From: an uncultured Woeseiaceae bacterium
GTDB taxonomy: Bacteria > Pseudomonadota > Gammaproteobacteria > Steroidobacterales > Woeseiaceae
Reading direction: 5' to 3'
DNA: 64,000 nt
Assembly: GCA_964605635.1 (NCBI GenBank)
Contig: CAZSDL010000001.1
Coordinates: forward strand, 3,944-67,943
A program made the translations under genes and the position numbers. Shown here piece after piece: positions 26,897 through 37,539 of this stretch (positions within the stretch are counted from its first letter, which is position 1; every line of letters starts with the position of its first letter). The notes below the pieces were generated by a model. It was given only the letters and a program-made list of their open reading frames with translations, was not told where the DNA came from and did not search any database.

Positions 26897-27739
26897 ACCG
26901 CCGAAGAAATACCCGAACACGGAAAATACGGTGGAATTGCCGTAGTTCGCCGAGTCGTCGAAGGCCAGGCGGAACTCTATGTCACTTGCTTTGCCGAGTG
27001 GCGTCAGGAAGCCCAGGCTGATCGAGTCAACCTGCCCCTGGTCCACGGCCGTTCGCCAGCGACTGAAGCCGACATCGATGGCTTTCAGCCCGAACTCAAT
27101 TTCCATGCCGGCGTGCCACCGTTCATCGAGCACGCTGTTCATAAGCGTAAGTCGCGAACGGGACAGGAAGCGCAAGGAATCGATATATTGCTGCAGGCGT
27201 ACATCGCGCGAATAGTCGTACCACATGCCACCGGCGAAGAAGCTCACGCGCTTGCCGGTACGTAACCGTCCGGCAAGACCGATGCCGTCCGCGGTGAACT
27301 CGATCGTGCGGGCTTCCGGTAACAGCGGTGACTGCAGTGTAAAATCGAAATCCCGCCGCTCGAGATCGACCGAGAGCCGCCAGGCATCCTGCCTGAGATA
27401 AATCGACGCTGTTAAGTCGATCGAATCCAGCACCTCGGCATTGTCCCAGTAAGCCGCACCAACGCGAATACCGACCGGGCTGAACATGTGGTCGACTTCA
27501 ATATCGGCATAGCGGGACTCGCTTCCGCCCGCGAGCCCGTCGCTGTGGTGCGCCACTGCGACACTTAGCCAGGTATTGCTGCCGGCAGCGATATCCAGTG
27601 CGGCGGACAACGCTCGCCCATCTTCGCTGTCCAGTTCGGCGCCCAGGCCGACGACGAAACCGTCATTGGCTCCTTGCGCAGTACCGCAGGCCAGTAATAA
27701 AGCCGCTGGCCGCCAGCCGCATGCTTTAAACGAGAACAT
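26891..27739 (-). CDS. hypothetical exported protein, probably an outer-membrane beta-barrel
   Basis: Signal peptide MFSFKACGWRPAALLLACGTAQG. The sequence alternates in a beta-strand-like pattern and has an aromatic-rich C-terminus ...VFSVFGYFFGGL. The start is set at ATG 27739. Confidence 0.5.
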   Translation of the reverse strand: MFSFKACGWRPAALLLACGTAQGANDGFVVGLGAELDSEDGRALSAALDIAAGSNTWLSVAVAHHSDGLAGGSESRYADIEVDHMFSPVGIRVGAAYWDNAEVLDSIDLTASIYLRQDAWRLSVDLERRDFDFTLQSPLLPEARTIEFTADGIGLAGRLRTGKRVSFFAGGMWYDYSRDVRLQQYIDSLRFLSRSRLTLMNSVLDERWHAGMEIEFGLKAIDVGFSRWRTAVDQGQVDSISLGFLTPLGKASDIEFRLAFDDSANYGNSTVFSVFGYFFGGL

Positions 27740-28523
27740 ACAGAATGACGCCCGCGAGCAAGAGCCGGTAGATGACGAACGGCAGCAAGCCGCGCGTAGT
27801 GATGAAGCGCATGAAGAACGCGATACTGAAATAGGCCACGAGTCCGGAAACCAGCGCGCCGGCGGCCAGTTCGCCCCAGGATACGTTACCGCCTTCGAGC
27901 AGCAGTGTGGTCCCTTCGTACGCCGCGGCAAGCAGGATGACGGGCGCGGACAGGAGAAACGAGAACCGGGCTGCGTCCTGACGCTTGAAACCGAGCAGCA
28001 TGCCTGCGGTGATAGTGACTCCCGAGCGCGAAGTACCCGGTACCAATGCCAGGGCCTGGGCACAGCCGATTACGATGGCATCGCGCAGGCGAACTTCCGT
28101 GATGATCCGCTCCTGCCGACCGAAGCGGTCCGCAAACCCGAGCAACAACCCGAAAGCGGACAATGTTACGACCACCACCAGCGGGTCGCGAAGGTTATCG
28201 CTGATCCACCCCGCGAGCAGCAAGCCGACAATTGCCGCCGGCACCGTGCCGATGCCGATCGCCAGCGCCAAACGGGATTCGAGCGTGTCTGTGCGTCCAG
28301 CCAGCAATTGCAGGCCGCCCCGTGCTGCAGCAATGAGGTCATTACGAAAATAGAGGCAAACGGCGCCCAGTGATCCGAAATGCACCGCGACATCGAAGAC
28401 CAGGCCCTGATCGGTCCAACCGACGAGATAAGGCACCAGCACCAGGTGTCCTGAACTCGATATCGGCAGGATCTCGGTCAGCCCCTGGATGACCGCGAGC
28501 ACCACGATCTGCAACCATGTCAT
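27726..28523 (-). CDS. uppP: undecaprenyl-diphosphate phosphatase
   Basis: MTWLQIVVLAVIQGLTEILPISSSGHL and PGTSRSGVTI motifs. The start is ATG 28523, and the track ORF is over-extended. Confidence 0.95.
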   Translation of the reverse strand: MTWLQIVVLAVIQGLTEILPISSSGHLVLVPYLVGWTDQGLVFDVAVHFGSLGAVCLYFRNDLIAAARGGLQLLAGRTDTLESRLALAIGIGTVPAAIVGLLLAGWISDNLRDPLVVVVTLSAFGLLLGFADRFGRQERIITEVRLRDAIVIGCAQALALVPGTSRSGVTITAGMLLGFKRQDAARFSFLLSAPVILLAAAYEGTTLLLEGGNVSWGELAAGALVSGLVAYFSIAFFMRFITTRGLLPFVIYRLLLAGVILYVLV

Positions 28524-28563
28524 GCCGGACTCCGCGGCAATGGGCAAGCACTCGCGTGGAATG

Positions 28564-29754
28564 TCACAGGATGTGCGTCCTGTCCAGGTTTGCAAACGAC
28601 GACAGTGTCGGCATATCGCCGCGCGCCAATCCCATACATTTGAAGTTCTCTCCCATCTCGTCCGGCAGTGTGAGTATTTTGACCTGTCTCGACAGGTCGA
28701 TCTGTGAGGCGGTCGGCAATCGATCGAAATCCTCGAGCTCCTCGCTGAGCCCGCCATTCAACAGGAATTGCGCCTGCGACACGAAGCCTGCGATTTCCAT
28801 GCCGGCGCCGGAGGCCGCTTCGGCAACAGCGGTAAAATCGACCCAGGCGGTCAGGTCCTGTAGGCCGGGATAGATCAGCGGATCGTTGTGCGCACGATGC
28901 CTGAAATGACACCGCAACCAGCCATCACGTCGATCCGGCGCGTAGTACTCGCGTCGTGACAGCCCGTAGTCGAACAGGAATAAGAAGCCGGTTTCCACGC
29001 ATGCGGCGATATCACTGACCCATTTCGCCAGTCCGGTCGACACTTCCGATACGAAGCCGTTCGCCAGTTGACGACCGATCGTTTCTTCGATCCGCGTAAC
29101 CGCCTCAGCCAGGAACCGCGGGGCTGCGGCACGGCGCCACGCGAAGGCGTCCTGTTCCCAGCCAACCCGCAATTGAACAACTTCCCGGCCCGACATACTG
29201 AACCGTTCAACCGGCAGCGCATCGGCAACCTCGTTGGCGATGACGACCCCGCGAAATTCCAGCGGCAAACGGTCCAGCCACTCGACGTTCGGCATCAGTT
29301 CGGGTACCTGTGCGTGGATGAGGCGCTGTTGTTGCGCGATCAGGTCCGGCGACACCTCCACAATCAGGTAGCGCTGCAATTTAATGCCGTTCGCTTTCAG
29401 GAACCGCAGAATTTCGACCGCCAATCCGCCGCTGCCGGCACCCAGCTCGAGGACGGCGCCGTCTGGCAAGCGCTGCAGGACGGCGGCGCACTGCCTTGCC
29501 AGCACGCGCCCGAATAAGGGTCCAATCTCGGGTGCCGTCACGAAATCCCCGCCCGGCCCGAACCGGGCGGAACCTGCATTGTAATAACCGAGCCCCGGTG
29601 CATAGAGTGCCTCTTGCATGAACTCAGCGAAGCTGATGCTGCCGCCCGCTTGCGCGATCAATGTGCGAATATGGCCCGCCACTATTTCACTGTGCGCAAG
29701 CCCGGCGGCATCTGGTGCCGGCAAGACGTCTGTGTTGCGGATGTTCGAGTACAT
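28564..29754 (-). CDS. SAM-dependent methyltransferase, MidA/NDUFAF7 (DUF185) family
   Basis: FAEFMQEALYAPGLGYY, GDFVTAPEIGPLFG and LELGAGSGGLA motifs. Confidence 0.8.
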   Translation of the reverse strand: MYSNIRNTDVLPAPDAAGLAHSEIVAGHIRTLIAQAGGSISFAEFMQEALYAPGLGYYNAGSARFGPGGDFVTAPEIGPLFGRVLARQCAAVLQRLPDGAVLELGAGSGGLAVEILRFLKANGIKLQRYLIVEVSPDLIAQQQRLIHAQVPELMPNVEWLDRLPLEFRGVVIANEVADALPVERFSMSGREVVQLRVGWEQDAFAWRRAAAPRFLAEAVTRIEETIGRQLANGFVSEVSTGLAKWVSDIAACVETGFLFLFDYGLSRREYYAPDRRDGWLRCHFRHRAHNDPLIYPGLQDLTAWVDFTAVAEAASGAGMEIAGFVSQAQFLLNGGLSEELEDFDRLPTASQIDLSRQVKILTLPDEMGENFKCMGLARGDMPTLSSFANLDRTHIL

Positions 29755-29852
29755 GGTTCAGCGGGGAGGTAAGTTGCGGCACAATGTAGTGCCCTTGCGA
29801 CTCGATTTCCACGGGCGGTCAGAAAACCTGGCCCTCATTAACAGGTTCGCCA

Positions 29853-30611
29853 TTGTCATCACTGCCTCTCCGTTCGCTGCACGACCAAATCGCGCTGGTA
29901 ACCGGCTCCGCGCGCCGTATCGGTGCGGCGATCGCGCGACGATTGCACGATGCCGGCGCCGGCATCGCGATTCATTACCACAGCTCGGCCGACGAGGCCC
30001 GGCGCCTGAAAGACGAGTTGAACCGCTTACGCCCGGATTCCGCGGAGATATTCCAGGCAGACCTGACAGAATTTGACACACTCACACCGTTGACAGAATG
30101 CGTCGTTCATTGGGGCGGGAGGCTCGACTATCTCGTCAACAATGCCTCCAGTTTCTACCCGACGCCCCTCGGTACTGTGACCGAGTCGCAGTGGCACGAC
30201 CTGATCGGCAGCAACCTCAAAGCGCCGCTTTTTCTTTCGCAGGCCGCCTGGCCACAGCTACGTCGCCACCGCGGTGCCATCGTCAATCTGATCGATATCC
30301 ATGCGCAACGACCGTTACGACAGTACGCAGTTTACGGCTCCGCCAAGGCCGGACTCGCCATGCTTACCCGCGCGCTGGCGAAGGAGATGGCACCGGACGT
30401 TCGCGTCAATGGTATAGCGCCCGGTGCGATTCTCTGGCCGGAAGACGGTATGAGTGACGCGGCGAGAGACAGCATCATCGCCCAGATTCCACTCGGCCGG
30501 CCCGGCAATCCGGACGACATTGCCGGGTGCGTACTGTACCTCGTGCGCGATGCTGTCTACGTGACCGGTCAGATCATCGCGGTCGACGGCGGACGCAGCA
30601 TCGGCTGGTGA
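29853..30611 (+). CDS. short-chain dehydrogenase, pteridine reductase (FolM/PTR1-like)
   Basis: TGSARRIG cofactor motif and catalytic YGSAKAGL. It is adjacent to folK-folB. Confidence 0.75.
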   Translation: MSSLPLRSLHDQIALVTGSARRIGAAIARRLHDAGAGIAIHYHSSADEARRLKDELNRLRPDSAEIFQADLTEFDTLTPLTECVVHWGGRLDYLVNNASSFYPTPLGTVTESQWHDLIGSNLKAPLFLSQAAWPQLRRHRGAIVNLIDIHAQRPLRQYAVYGSAKAGLAMLTRALAKEMAPDVRVNGIAPGAILWPEDGMSDAARDSIIAQIPLGRPGNPDDIAGCVLYLVRDAVYVTGQIIAVDGGRSIGW

Positions 30612-30639
30612 CCCTTGCGGCGCCCGGCCGGGGCGGCGG

Positions 30640-31134
30640 TCATGCGTTAAAATCGATGCACTCTTGCTGCAACGACCGGCCGGAGCCGGGAAATTCCTGC
30701 CAGTGCAGGTCCAATCGTTTACCGGTCAGCGGGTGAACGTAGTCCGGCGCTAGTTCTGCAAGCGGCCGCAACACGAAATCGTAGTCGAGCACATCGCTGC
30801 GGGGCAGTTGCAAGTCGTCCGTATCAACCCGTACCTGATCATACAATAACAGGTCGATGTCCAGTTCCCGCGCCGTCAGGCCAACGCTCATTCGCTGCCG
30901 GCCGGCCAACTCGTGAATGTCGTTAAGCACCCGCAGTACATCGAAAGGTGACAGGTCCGTTCGGGCCCGGACCACCAGATTGAGAAAGTCGTCGCCGTCG
31001 AAGCCAACCGGCGCATTGCGATATACGGTTGACGTTTCCAGGTCCTCGAATCGTCGCCGGAGTTCTGTGATTGCCAGGCGCAGATGCCGGACCGGCTGGA
31101 TGTTGCTGCCAACGCCGAGATAAATGCTGGCCAT
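30640..31134 (-). CDS. folK: 2-amino-4-hydroxy-6-hydroxymethyldihydropteridine diphosphokinase
   Basis: MASIYLGVGSNI..., SxVYxxAPVG and LDIDLLLY motifs. 164 aa. Confidence 0.9.
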   Translation of the reverse strand: MASIYLGVGSNIQPVRHLRLAITELRRRFEDLETSTVYRNAPVGFDGDDFLNLVVRARTDLSPFDVLRVLNDIHELAGRQRMSVGLTARELDIDLLLYDQVRVDTDDLQLPRSDVLDYDFVLRPLAELAPDYVHPLTGKRLDLHWQEFPGSGRSLQQECIDFNA

Positions 31135-31143
31135 TGAACCGGG

Positions 31144-31524
31144 TCAGGCCGGCGCCTTGCTGCGGAATATCACGACGCCGACATCCCGGGCGCCGCGGAT
31201 CGCCCCCGGCTTGCTCACCCGGACGCGTATCCAGGGGACGTCGAATTCATCGAGTACCAGCGCGGCAATCTTCTCAGCCAGCATTTCGACCAATTGAAAG
31301 CTCGAGTCACTGACAAATTGCTGCACCCGTTTGGCAACCGCCTTGTAGTTGAGCGTCGCCTCGATTCGGTCGCTTGCGGCTGCACGCCGCATGTCACCGC
31401 CCATTTCGAGATCGATACTGACGGTCTGGCGAATCTGCCGCTCCCATTCCCAGATGCCGACAACTGTCTCGACTCGCAACTCGTGCAGGAAAATCGTATC
31501 GGAGTTTTCGTGTTGCATCGTCAA
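31144..31524 (-). CDS. folB: dihydroneopterin aldolase
   Basis: 126 aa. Contains [31 protein letters not shown] and LNYKAV. Confidence 0.9.
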   Translation of the reverse strand: MTMQHENSDTIFLHELRVETVVGIWEWERQIRQTVSIDLEMGGDMRRAAASDRIEATLNYKAVAKRVQQFVSDSSFQLVEMLAEKIAALVLDEFDVPWIRVRVSKPGAIRGARDVGVVIFRSKAPA

Positions 31525-32549
31525 TCCTGGTGGTGTGTACCGGCCGCCGGTGCCGACAGAGTATCGAGCGGCCAGCGGGCGACCGCCTTGATCGCTCCGG
31601 CGCGCATGCCATCCTGCAGGCGCAACGCACCGGCAAGCGCGATCATTGCCCCATTGTCTGTACAGAATTCGAAGCGCGGATAGAAAACGCGGCCTTCGAA
31701 TTTTCGCGACAGTTCGGCGCGCAACAGCCGATTGGCACCGACGCCGCCGGCCACCACGATACGGCGGCTGCCCTCGTGGCCGGCCGCTTGCAGTGTCCGT
31801 CCGACCAGGGTATCGACGGCGGCGCGCTGGAACGAAGCCGCAATATCAGCCCGGGCGGCAGCCAGGTCTCCGGTTGCCTCCAGTTCGCGCACTTGCATCA
31901 TGACCGCAGTCTTGAGCCCGCTGAAACTGAAGTCAAAACCGGACCGGTTGAGCATCGGCCGTGGTAATGAAAAGGCGTTTTCGTCACCGCTTTCGGCCGC
32001 GCGAGCAAGCGCCGGACCGCCGGGATAGCCAAGACCGAGCAGCTTCGCAGTCTTGTCGAACGCTTCGCCGGCGGCATCGTCCAGGGTGCGGCCGAGAATT
32101 CGATAGCGTCCTATTCCGTCGACACCGACCAGCATCGTATGCCCCCCCGACACCAGCAAGGCGAGGAAGGGAAAGGCAGGTGCATTCGACTCGAGCATAG
32201 GTGCCAGCAAGTGCCCTTCCATGTGATGCACCGGAATTACGGGACAGTTCCAGCCGAGACCGAGGCCGTTCGCCACACCGCTGCCGACCAGCAGGGCGCC
32301 GACCAGGCCGGGGCCCGCCGTATACGCGACGGCGTCAGGGCGCTGCAGCGCAGCAGTTTCGAGGACCTCTTGAACAAGCGGTAAAAGAATCCGTATATGG
32401 TCTCTGGAGGCTATTTCCGGTACCACGCCCCCGTAGCGCGCATGCAGGTCGACCTGGCTGTGCAATGCATGCGCAATGAGGCCGCGGTGCGTGTCAAAGA
32501 GCGCCACCCCGGTTTCATCACAGCTGGTTTCCAGTCCGAGCACTTGCAT
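31521..32549 (-). CDS. tsaD: tRNA N6-adenosine threonylcarbamoyltransferase
   Basis: [19 protein letters not shown] and the HHMEGHL metal site. It is divergent from rpsU, as in many gammaproteobacteria. Confidence 0.95.
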   Translation of the reverse strand: MQVLGLETSCDETGVALFDTHRGLIAHALHSQVDLHARYGGVVPEIASRDHIRILLPLVQEVLETAALQRPDAVAYTAGPGLVGALLVGSGVANGLGLGWNCPVIPVHHMEGHLLAPMLESNAPAFPFLALLVSGGHTMLVGVDGIGRYRILGRTLDDAAGEAFDKTAKLLGLGYPGGPALARAAESGDENAFSLPRPMLNRSGFDFSFSGLKTAVMMQVRELEATGDLAAARADIAASFQRAAVDTLVGRTLQAAGHEGSRRIVVAGGVGANRLLRAELSRKFEGRVFYPRFEFCTDNGAMIALAGALRLQDGMRAGAIKAVARWPLDTLSAPAAGTHHQD

Positions 32550-32596
32550 AGGCGCCGCATCTTAACTTAGCCGGCCGGAAATGGGCGGCCTTTTCT

Positions 32597-32625
32597 TTGC
32601 ATTATCCGTGTCTTGCCGCTATCAT
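32597..32625 (+). promoter_or_regulatory. candidate sigma-70 promoter of the rpsU operon
   Basis: TTGCAT (32597-32602), N17, then TATCAT (32620-32625). It lies 113 nt upstream of the rpsU ATG. Confidence 0.35.
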
Positions 32626-32737
32626 GCCCGGTCTTGTCCCGGCCTTCGTGCCGGGTTTATTTGTCCTGACCATTGCCCTTATTTTGCATCCCGGTGCAAT
32701 TAATAAGTGCGATTTTTTAGCCGGAACCGAATTTGCC

Positions 32738-32953
32738 ATGCCGAGTGTTCGAATCAAGGAAAACGAGTATTTCGATGCCGCCCTGCGCCGCTTCAAGCGC
32801 GCGTGTGAGAAAGCTGGTGTACTCACCGAATTGCGCCGACGCGAGTTCTACGAAAAGCCCACCCAGGAGCGTAAACGCAAGAAGGCCGCGGCCGTGAAGC
32901 GTCACCTCAAGCGCATTTCACGCGAAGTATCGCGGCGCAAGCGCCTTTACTGA
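32738..32953 (+). CDS. rpsU: 30S ribosomal protein S21
   Basis: [42 protein letters not shown]..., 71 aa. The track ORF is over-extended upstream. Confidence 0.97.
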   Translation: MPSVRIKENEYFDAALRRFKRACEKAGVLTELRRREFYEKPTQERKRKKAAAVKRHLKRISREVSRRKRLY

Positions 32954-33007
32954 ACACCAGTCAGCAAAACGGACCATGAGAATGGTCCGAGCGGGCCCGG
33001 AGCAGCC

Positions 33008-33457
33008 ATGACGCTTAAAGGGCAGATCCAGAACGATATGAAGGATGCCATGCGCGCCGGTGACAAAGACCGGCTCAAGGCAATCCGTCTTGTCCTGGCC
33101 GCAATCAAACAAGTCGAAGTCGATTCGCGCGCAGAAGTCGACGACGCCGGTGTTCTGCGCATCCTTGACAAAATGCTCAAGCAGCGTCGCGATTCCATCG
33201 AGCAATTTCGCAGCGGGTCGCGAGAGGATCTGGCGCAAATCGAGCTGGCGGAAATCGCCGTACTTGAAACATACACGCCCGAGCCGCTTGCCGACGACGA
33301 ACTGCAAGTTCTCATTGCCGATGCGATTCGTGACAGCGACGCTTCGAGTATCCGGGACATGGGCAAGGTAATGGCCCGTCTCCGCGAAACGACCGGCGGT
33401 CGAGCCGACATGGCCACCGTCAGCAGCAAGGTCAAGGCAAGCTTGTCCGGCCAATGA
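33008..33457 (+). CDS. yqeY: GatB/YqeY domain protein
   Basis: MTLKGQIQNDMKDAMRAGDKDRLKAIRLVLAAIKQVEVD. It sits in the conserved position between rpsU and dnaG. Confidence 0.9.
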   Translation: MTLKGQIQNDMKDAMRAGDKDRLKAIRLVLAAIKQVEVDSRAEVDDAGVLRILDKMLKQRRDSIEQFRSGSREDLAQIELAEIAVLETYTPEPLADDELQVLIADAIRDSDASSIRDMGKVMARLRETTGGRADMATVSSKVKASLSGQ

Positions 33458-33478
33458 CGATGATTAGAATCAAAAGCA

Positions 33479-35248
33479 ATGAGCGGCCTGATACCTCAAC
33501 ATTTCATCGATGACCTGATTGCCCGGGCGGATATCGTTGAGGTGCTCGGCTCGCGTATTCAATTGAAAAAGGCGGGTCGCGAATACAAAGCCAATTGCCC
33601 GTTTCACGATGAGAACACCCCGTCGTTCACCGTCTCCCCGGCTAAAGGTTTCTATCATTGTTTCGGATGCGGAGCGCACGGCACGGCCCTCGGCTTTCTG
33701 ATGGAACATGATCACCTGAGCTTTCCGGACGCAGTGGAAAGCCTCGCCCATCTGATGGGAATTGCGGTACCGCGCGAGGAAAGCCAGCGGCCAGCGCGCC
33801 GTTACGACGAGCTCTTCGATCTCATGCAAGAGGTGGAACGTTTCTACCAGGCCGAGTTGAAGGGTCATCAACCGGCTGTTGAGTATCTGAAAGCACGCGG
33901 TATCGACGGCGCTACGGCAAAGCGCTTCGGCATCGGCTATGCGCCGGCTGGTTGGAGCCGACTGCTCGACAAGTTCGGAACATCGACAGAGGCAATCGAA
34001 CGACTCCTGGCCGTTGGCATGATCATTCGCAAAGACAACGGCAGTCATTACGATCGGTTTCGCGATCGACTGATGTTTCCGATTCGCGATTCTCGCGGCC
34101 GCGCAATCGCGTTCGGCGGGCGTGTGTTCGGCAATGAAGAGCCGAAGTACCTGAACTCGCCTGAGACGGTTTTGTTTCACAAAGGCCGCGAACTCTATGG
34201 CCTTTACGAGGCACGCCAGGCCTTGCGCAATATCGAGCGCCTGGTGGTCGTGGAAGGGTACATGGACGTCGTAGCACTCGCCCGCCACGGCATCGACTTC
34301 GCCGCCGCAACACTCGGCACGGCAACGACTGATGAACACCTCAACCGGCTTTTTCGATTATGCGACGAGATCCTTTTTTGTTTTGATGGTGACCGGGCCG
34401 GCAGAGCGGCTGCCTGGCGAGCGCTGGAGACCGTTCTGCCGCAAGCGAAAGATGGACGACAGATTCGCTTTGTGTTCCTGCCGGACGACCAGGATCCGGA
34501 CACCTTTGTCCGGGCCAACGGCGCAAGTGCCTTCGAAGCCGCGCTCGATCAGGGCGTAGCCATGTCGGACTTCCTGGTCGAGGAGCTTGCCGCGCAGATC
34601 GACCTCGAGTCCGTTGACGGCCGTGCCCGTCTTGCTGAACTGGCCCGGCCCCTGATCGGTCGCGTGCCACAGGGGATTTACCGTGTTTTGCTGACCGAGC
34701 GGCTGGCGGCGGCGATCGACCTGCCGGCCGCCAAACTCGAGGCGCTGCTTTCCTCGGGGAAGCGTCAGGCAACCGATACCAAACGGGGACTGGCTGGTAA
34801 CAGTTCGCGGCGGACCGGAGCACGGCGATCGGCGGGGGCACTGTCCGTTGTGCGGCGGGCGATCACGCTGGTCCTGCATTTTCCGGTCGCGGCGCGAGAC
34901 CTCGATGTCGCCAGGCTGGACGGGGTAATGAGGCCGGGTACCGATCTCCTGCGAGACCTCATTGAAACCGTGCAACAGGAGCCCAATATCACGATGGCAG
35001 GCCTCCTGGAACGCTGGCGACATCACGACCAGGGGCGGCATCTCGGCAAGCTGGCAGCCGGGGAACTGCCGCCGGAGGGCGATTTCGATCCGGCCGCCGA
35101 GCTGGGCGAGTGCCTGCAACAGCTGGCCCGCGCAGGCAGTCGCGCTCGGGTGCAGAATCTGACCGAAAAACAAAGCCTTGAGTCGCTTTCGGACGCCGAA
35201 CGGGCGGAACTCCGGCAGTTGGGTCGAGATTCGCCGAGGAACGGATAA
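33479..35248 (+). CDS. dnaG: DNA primase
   Basis: Zinc finger CPFHDENTPSF...HCFGCGAHG, the RNA polymerase core, and Toprim motifs (VVVEGYMDV and CFDGDRAG). Confidence 0.95.
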   Translation: MSGLIPQHFIDDLIARADIVEVLGSRIQLKKAGREYKANCPFHDENTPSFTVSPAKGFYHCFGCGAHGTALGFLMEHDHLSFPDAVESLAHLMGIAVPREESQRPARRYDELFDLMQEVERFYQAELKGHQPAVEYLKARGIDGATAKRFGIGYAPAGWSRLLDKFGTSTEAIERLLAVGMIIRKDNGSHYDRFRDRLMFPIRDSRGRAIAFGGRVFGNEEPKYLNSPETVLFHKGRELYGLYEARQALRNIERLVVVEGYMDVVALARHGIDFAAATLGTATTDEHLNRLFRLCDEILFCFDGDRAGRAAAWRALETVLPQAKDGRQIRFVFLPDDQDPDTFVRANGASAFEAALDQGVAMSDFLVEELAAQIDLESVDGRARLAELARPLIGRVPQGIYRVLLTERLAAAIDLPAAKLEALLSSGKRQATDTKRGLAGNSSRRTGARRSAGALSVVRRAITLVLHFPVAARDLDVARLDGVMRPGTDLLRDLIETVQQEPNITMAGLLERWRHHDQGRHLGKLAAGELPPEGDFDPAAELGECLQQLARAGSRARVQNLTEKQSLESLSDAERAELRQLGRDSPRNG

Positions 35249-35316
35249 TAATAGTTTGTACAGGGTCATAAGGGTATGATCGGTCGTTTGCATTTTTTGC
35301 ATGGAGGTTCTTAGTC

Positions 35317-37152
35317 TTGAGCGAGAAGCGCGCAGTTATCAGCGGTAACAAGCAGACCCAGCAACTGAAGGATCTGATTGCCCGCGGCAAGGAGCAAGGC
35401 TACCTCACATACGCAGAGGTCAACGATCACCTGCCGAGCGGTATCGTCGACCCCGAACAGATCGAAGACATCGTAAACATGATTAATGACATGGGTATTG
35501 CGGTGCATGAAAAAGCACCCGATGCCGAGTCGCTGGTTCTTTCCGATACTGCTGTATCCAATGACGACGATGACGCTGCTGAAGAAGCCGAAGCAGCACT
35601 CGCCAGCGTCGATGCCGAGTTTGGACGGACAACCGATCCGGTTCGCATGTACATGCGTGAAATGGGTACGGTTGAGCTGCTGACGCGCCAGGGCGAAATC
35701 GAAATCGCCAAACGCATCGAAGACGGTCTCAACCAGGTCAAGTACCACATGGCGCATTTCCCGCCGACACTCGAGCGCATGCTGGAAGTCTATGACGCCG
35801 TAGTCGCCGGCGACACGCGCATGCAGGACTTCGTCGTTGGCTTCATTGACCCGAACGCTCCGGATGAAATCAAGTCTCCGGTAGCCAAGTCTGACAACGA
35901 CGATGACAACGACAGCGAAGAGGAAATCGTCGATACCGGCCCGGATCCTGAGGAAGTTGCCGCACGCGTCAAAGCTATTCGTCGCCTGTACAAGAAAGGA
36001 CTGGTGGCGCTGGAGAAATCCGGCAGCAGGGACAAGAAGACGGCAAAAATTCGCGCGGAACTCGCGGATCAGCTCATGGAACTCAAACTCGCTCCCAAGC
36101 TGACGGATGCGCTTGTTCGCAACCTGCGTGATTCCGTATCAGTTGTCCGTACCCAGGAGCGCCAGGTCATGCAACTCTGTGTGCGTGATGCCGGCATGCC
36201 AAAGAAAGACTTTCTTGCAAGCTTTCCGAAAAGCGAAACGGATCTCAAGTGGATTGAAAAGCATATCCGTGCAAAACGCAAACATTCGTCGACGCTGGGC
36301 AAGCTGAAGGATGATGTCCTGCGCGCACAGCGAAAATTGCTGGCTGTAGAAACGCTCACCAATCTCAAGATTGCCGAGATCAAGGAGATCAATCGGCAGA
36401 TGTCGATCGGTGAGGCGAAAGCCCGCAGGGCCAAGAAGGAAATGGTCGAAGCAAACCTGCGGCTCGTTATCTCTATCGCCAAGAAATACACGAATCGCGG
36501 CTTGCAGTTCCTGGACCTCATCCAGGAAGGTAATATCGGTTTGATGAAAGCCGTCGACAAGTTCGAGTATCGGCGCGGCTACAAGTTTTCGACGTACGCG
36601 ACCTGGTGGATTCGGCAGGCGATAACCCGTTCTATTGCCGATCAGGCCCGCACTATCCGCATTCCGGTGCATATGATCGAAACGATTAACAAGCTGAATC
36701 GCATATCCCGGCAGATGCTCCAGGAAATGGGACGCGAACCGCTGCCTGATGAACTCGCGGAGCGTATGGAAATGCCGGAGGACAAGGTACGTAAAGTACT
36801 GAAGATCGCGAAAGAGCCGATTTCGATGGAGACCCCGATCGGCGACGACGAGGACTCCCACCTCGGCGATTTCATCGAGGACCAGACCGTGCACTCGCCG
36901 GTGGATTCCGCCACCTCGGAAGGCCTCAAGGAGACGACGCATTCGGTACTGGCGGGCCTGACGCCCCGTGAAGCGAAGGTTCTGCGCATGCGCTTCGGTA
37001 TCGACATGAATACCGATCACACTCTTGAAGAAGTGGGCAAGCAGTTCGACGTCACGCGCGAGCGCATTCGCCAGATCGAAGCCAAGGCCCTGCGAAAGCT
37101 GCGCCATCCAACGCGTTCCGACCAGTTGCGCAGTTTCCTGATCGAGGATTGA
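35317..37152 (+). CDS. rpoD: RNA polymerase sigma-70
   Basis: Region 1.1 ([16 protein letters not shown]), region 2 ([52 protein letters not shown]) and region 4 are all present. The start is TTG, 9 nt after GGAGG, and no in-frame ATG or GTG lies upstream of region 1.1. Confidence 0.97.
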   Translation: MSEKRAVISGNKQTQQLKDLIARGKEQGYLTYAEVNDHLPSGIVDPEQIEDIVNMINDMGIAVHEKAPDAESLVLSDTAVSNDDDDAAEEAEAALASVDAEFGRTTDPVRMYMREMGTVELLTRQGEIEIAKRIEDGLNQVKYHMAHFPPTLERMLEVYDAVVAGDTRMQDFVVGFIDPNAPDEIKSPVAKSDNDDDNDSEEEIVDTGPDPEEVAARVKAIRRLYKKGLVALEKSGSRDKKTAKIRAELADQLMELKLAPKLTDALVRNLRDSVSVVRTQERQVMQLCVRDAGMPKKDFLASFPKSETDLKWIEKHIRAKRKHSSTLGKLKDDVLRAQRKLLAVETLTNLKIAEIKEINRQMSIGEAKARRAKKEMVEANLRLVISIAKKYTNRGLQFLDLIQEGNIGLMKAVDKFEYRRGYKFSTYATWWIRQAITRSIADQARTIRIPVHMIETINKLNRISRQMLQEMGREPLPDELAERMEMPEDKVRKVLKIAKEPISMETPIGDDEDSHLGDFIEDQTVHSPVDSATSEGLKETTHSVLAGLTPREAKVLRMRFGIDMNTDHTLEEVGKQFDVTRERIRQIEAKALRKLRHPTRSDQLRSFLIED

Positions 37153-37233
37153 ACCGGACGCCGGAAGTGGGTCGATCGCGATTCACTTTCGGGCCGGGCA
37201 AGTCGCTCGTTTGCGTTATACTCGCGCGTCCGT

Positions 37234-37310
<77 letters not shown>

Positions 37311-37394
37311 TTACATCCTGCCTTCGGTTGTCGTCACGACCCCGACAGTCAGCAGGCTTCGCCGCTCGGCGAGCACTATGTCTTCGCTCAACGT

Positions 37395-37423
37395 GGTTCA
37401 AGTCCTACCGGGCCCACCATTAC
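37395..37423 (+). repeat. 29-bp direct duplicate of the tRNA 3' end (att-like)
   Basis: GGTTCAAGTCCTACCGGGCCCACCATTAC at 37395-37423 is identical to 37286-37314 (T-arm 3' half, acceptor, CCA and 4 further nt). Confidence 0.85.
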
Positions 37424-37450
37424 TCACTGCCTGCGGTTTCATCACAGCGC

Positions 37451-37533
37451 ATTCGCGCGCGGGGCGCGCTCCAACAGAGTTACCGTAAACCCTCATGCTG
37501 GCACCGTAGGAGCGCGCCTCGCGCGCGAATGCG
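37451..37533. repeat. REP-like inverted-repeat element (copy 2)
   Basis: ATTCGCGCGCGGGGCGCGCTCC (37451-37472) and GTAGGAGCGCGCCTCGCGCGCGAATGCG (37506-37533). These are the same arms as copy 1, in the opposite order. Confidence 0.8.
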
Positions 37534-37539
37534 CTGCGA

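Noticed and set aside
33470-37107. Long antisense ORFs inside dnaG and rpoD (289, 314, 322 aa and others)
   Set aside because: They lie opposite highly conserved genes. Their composition (Arg/Gly/Pro-rich, no motifs) is typical of GC-rich antisense frames.
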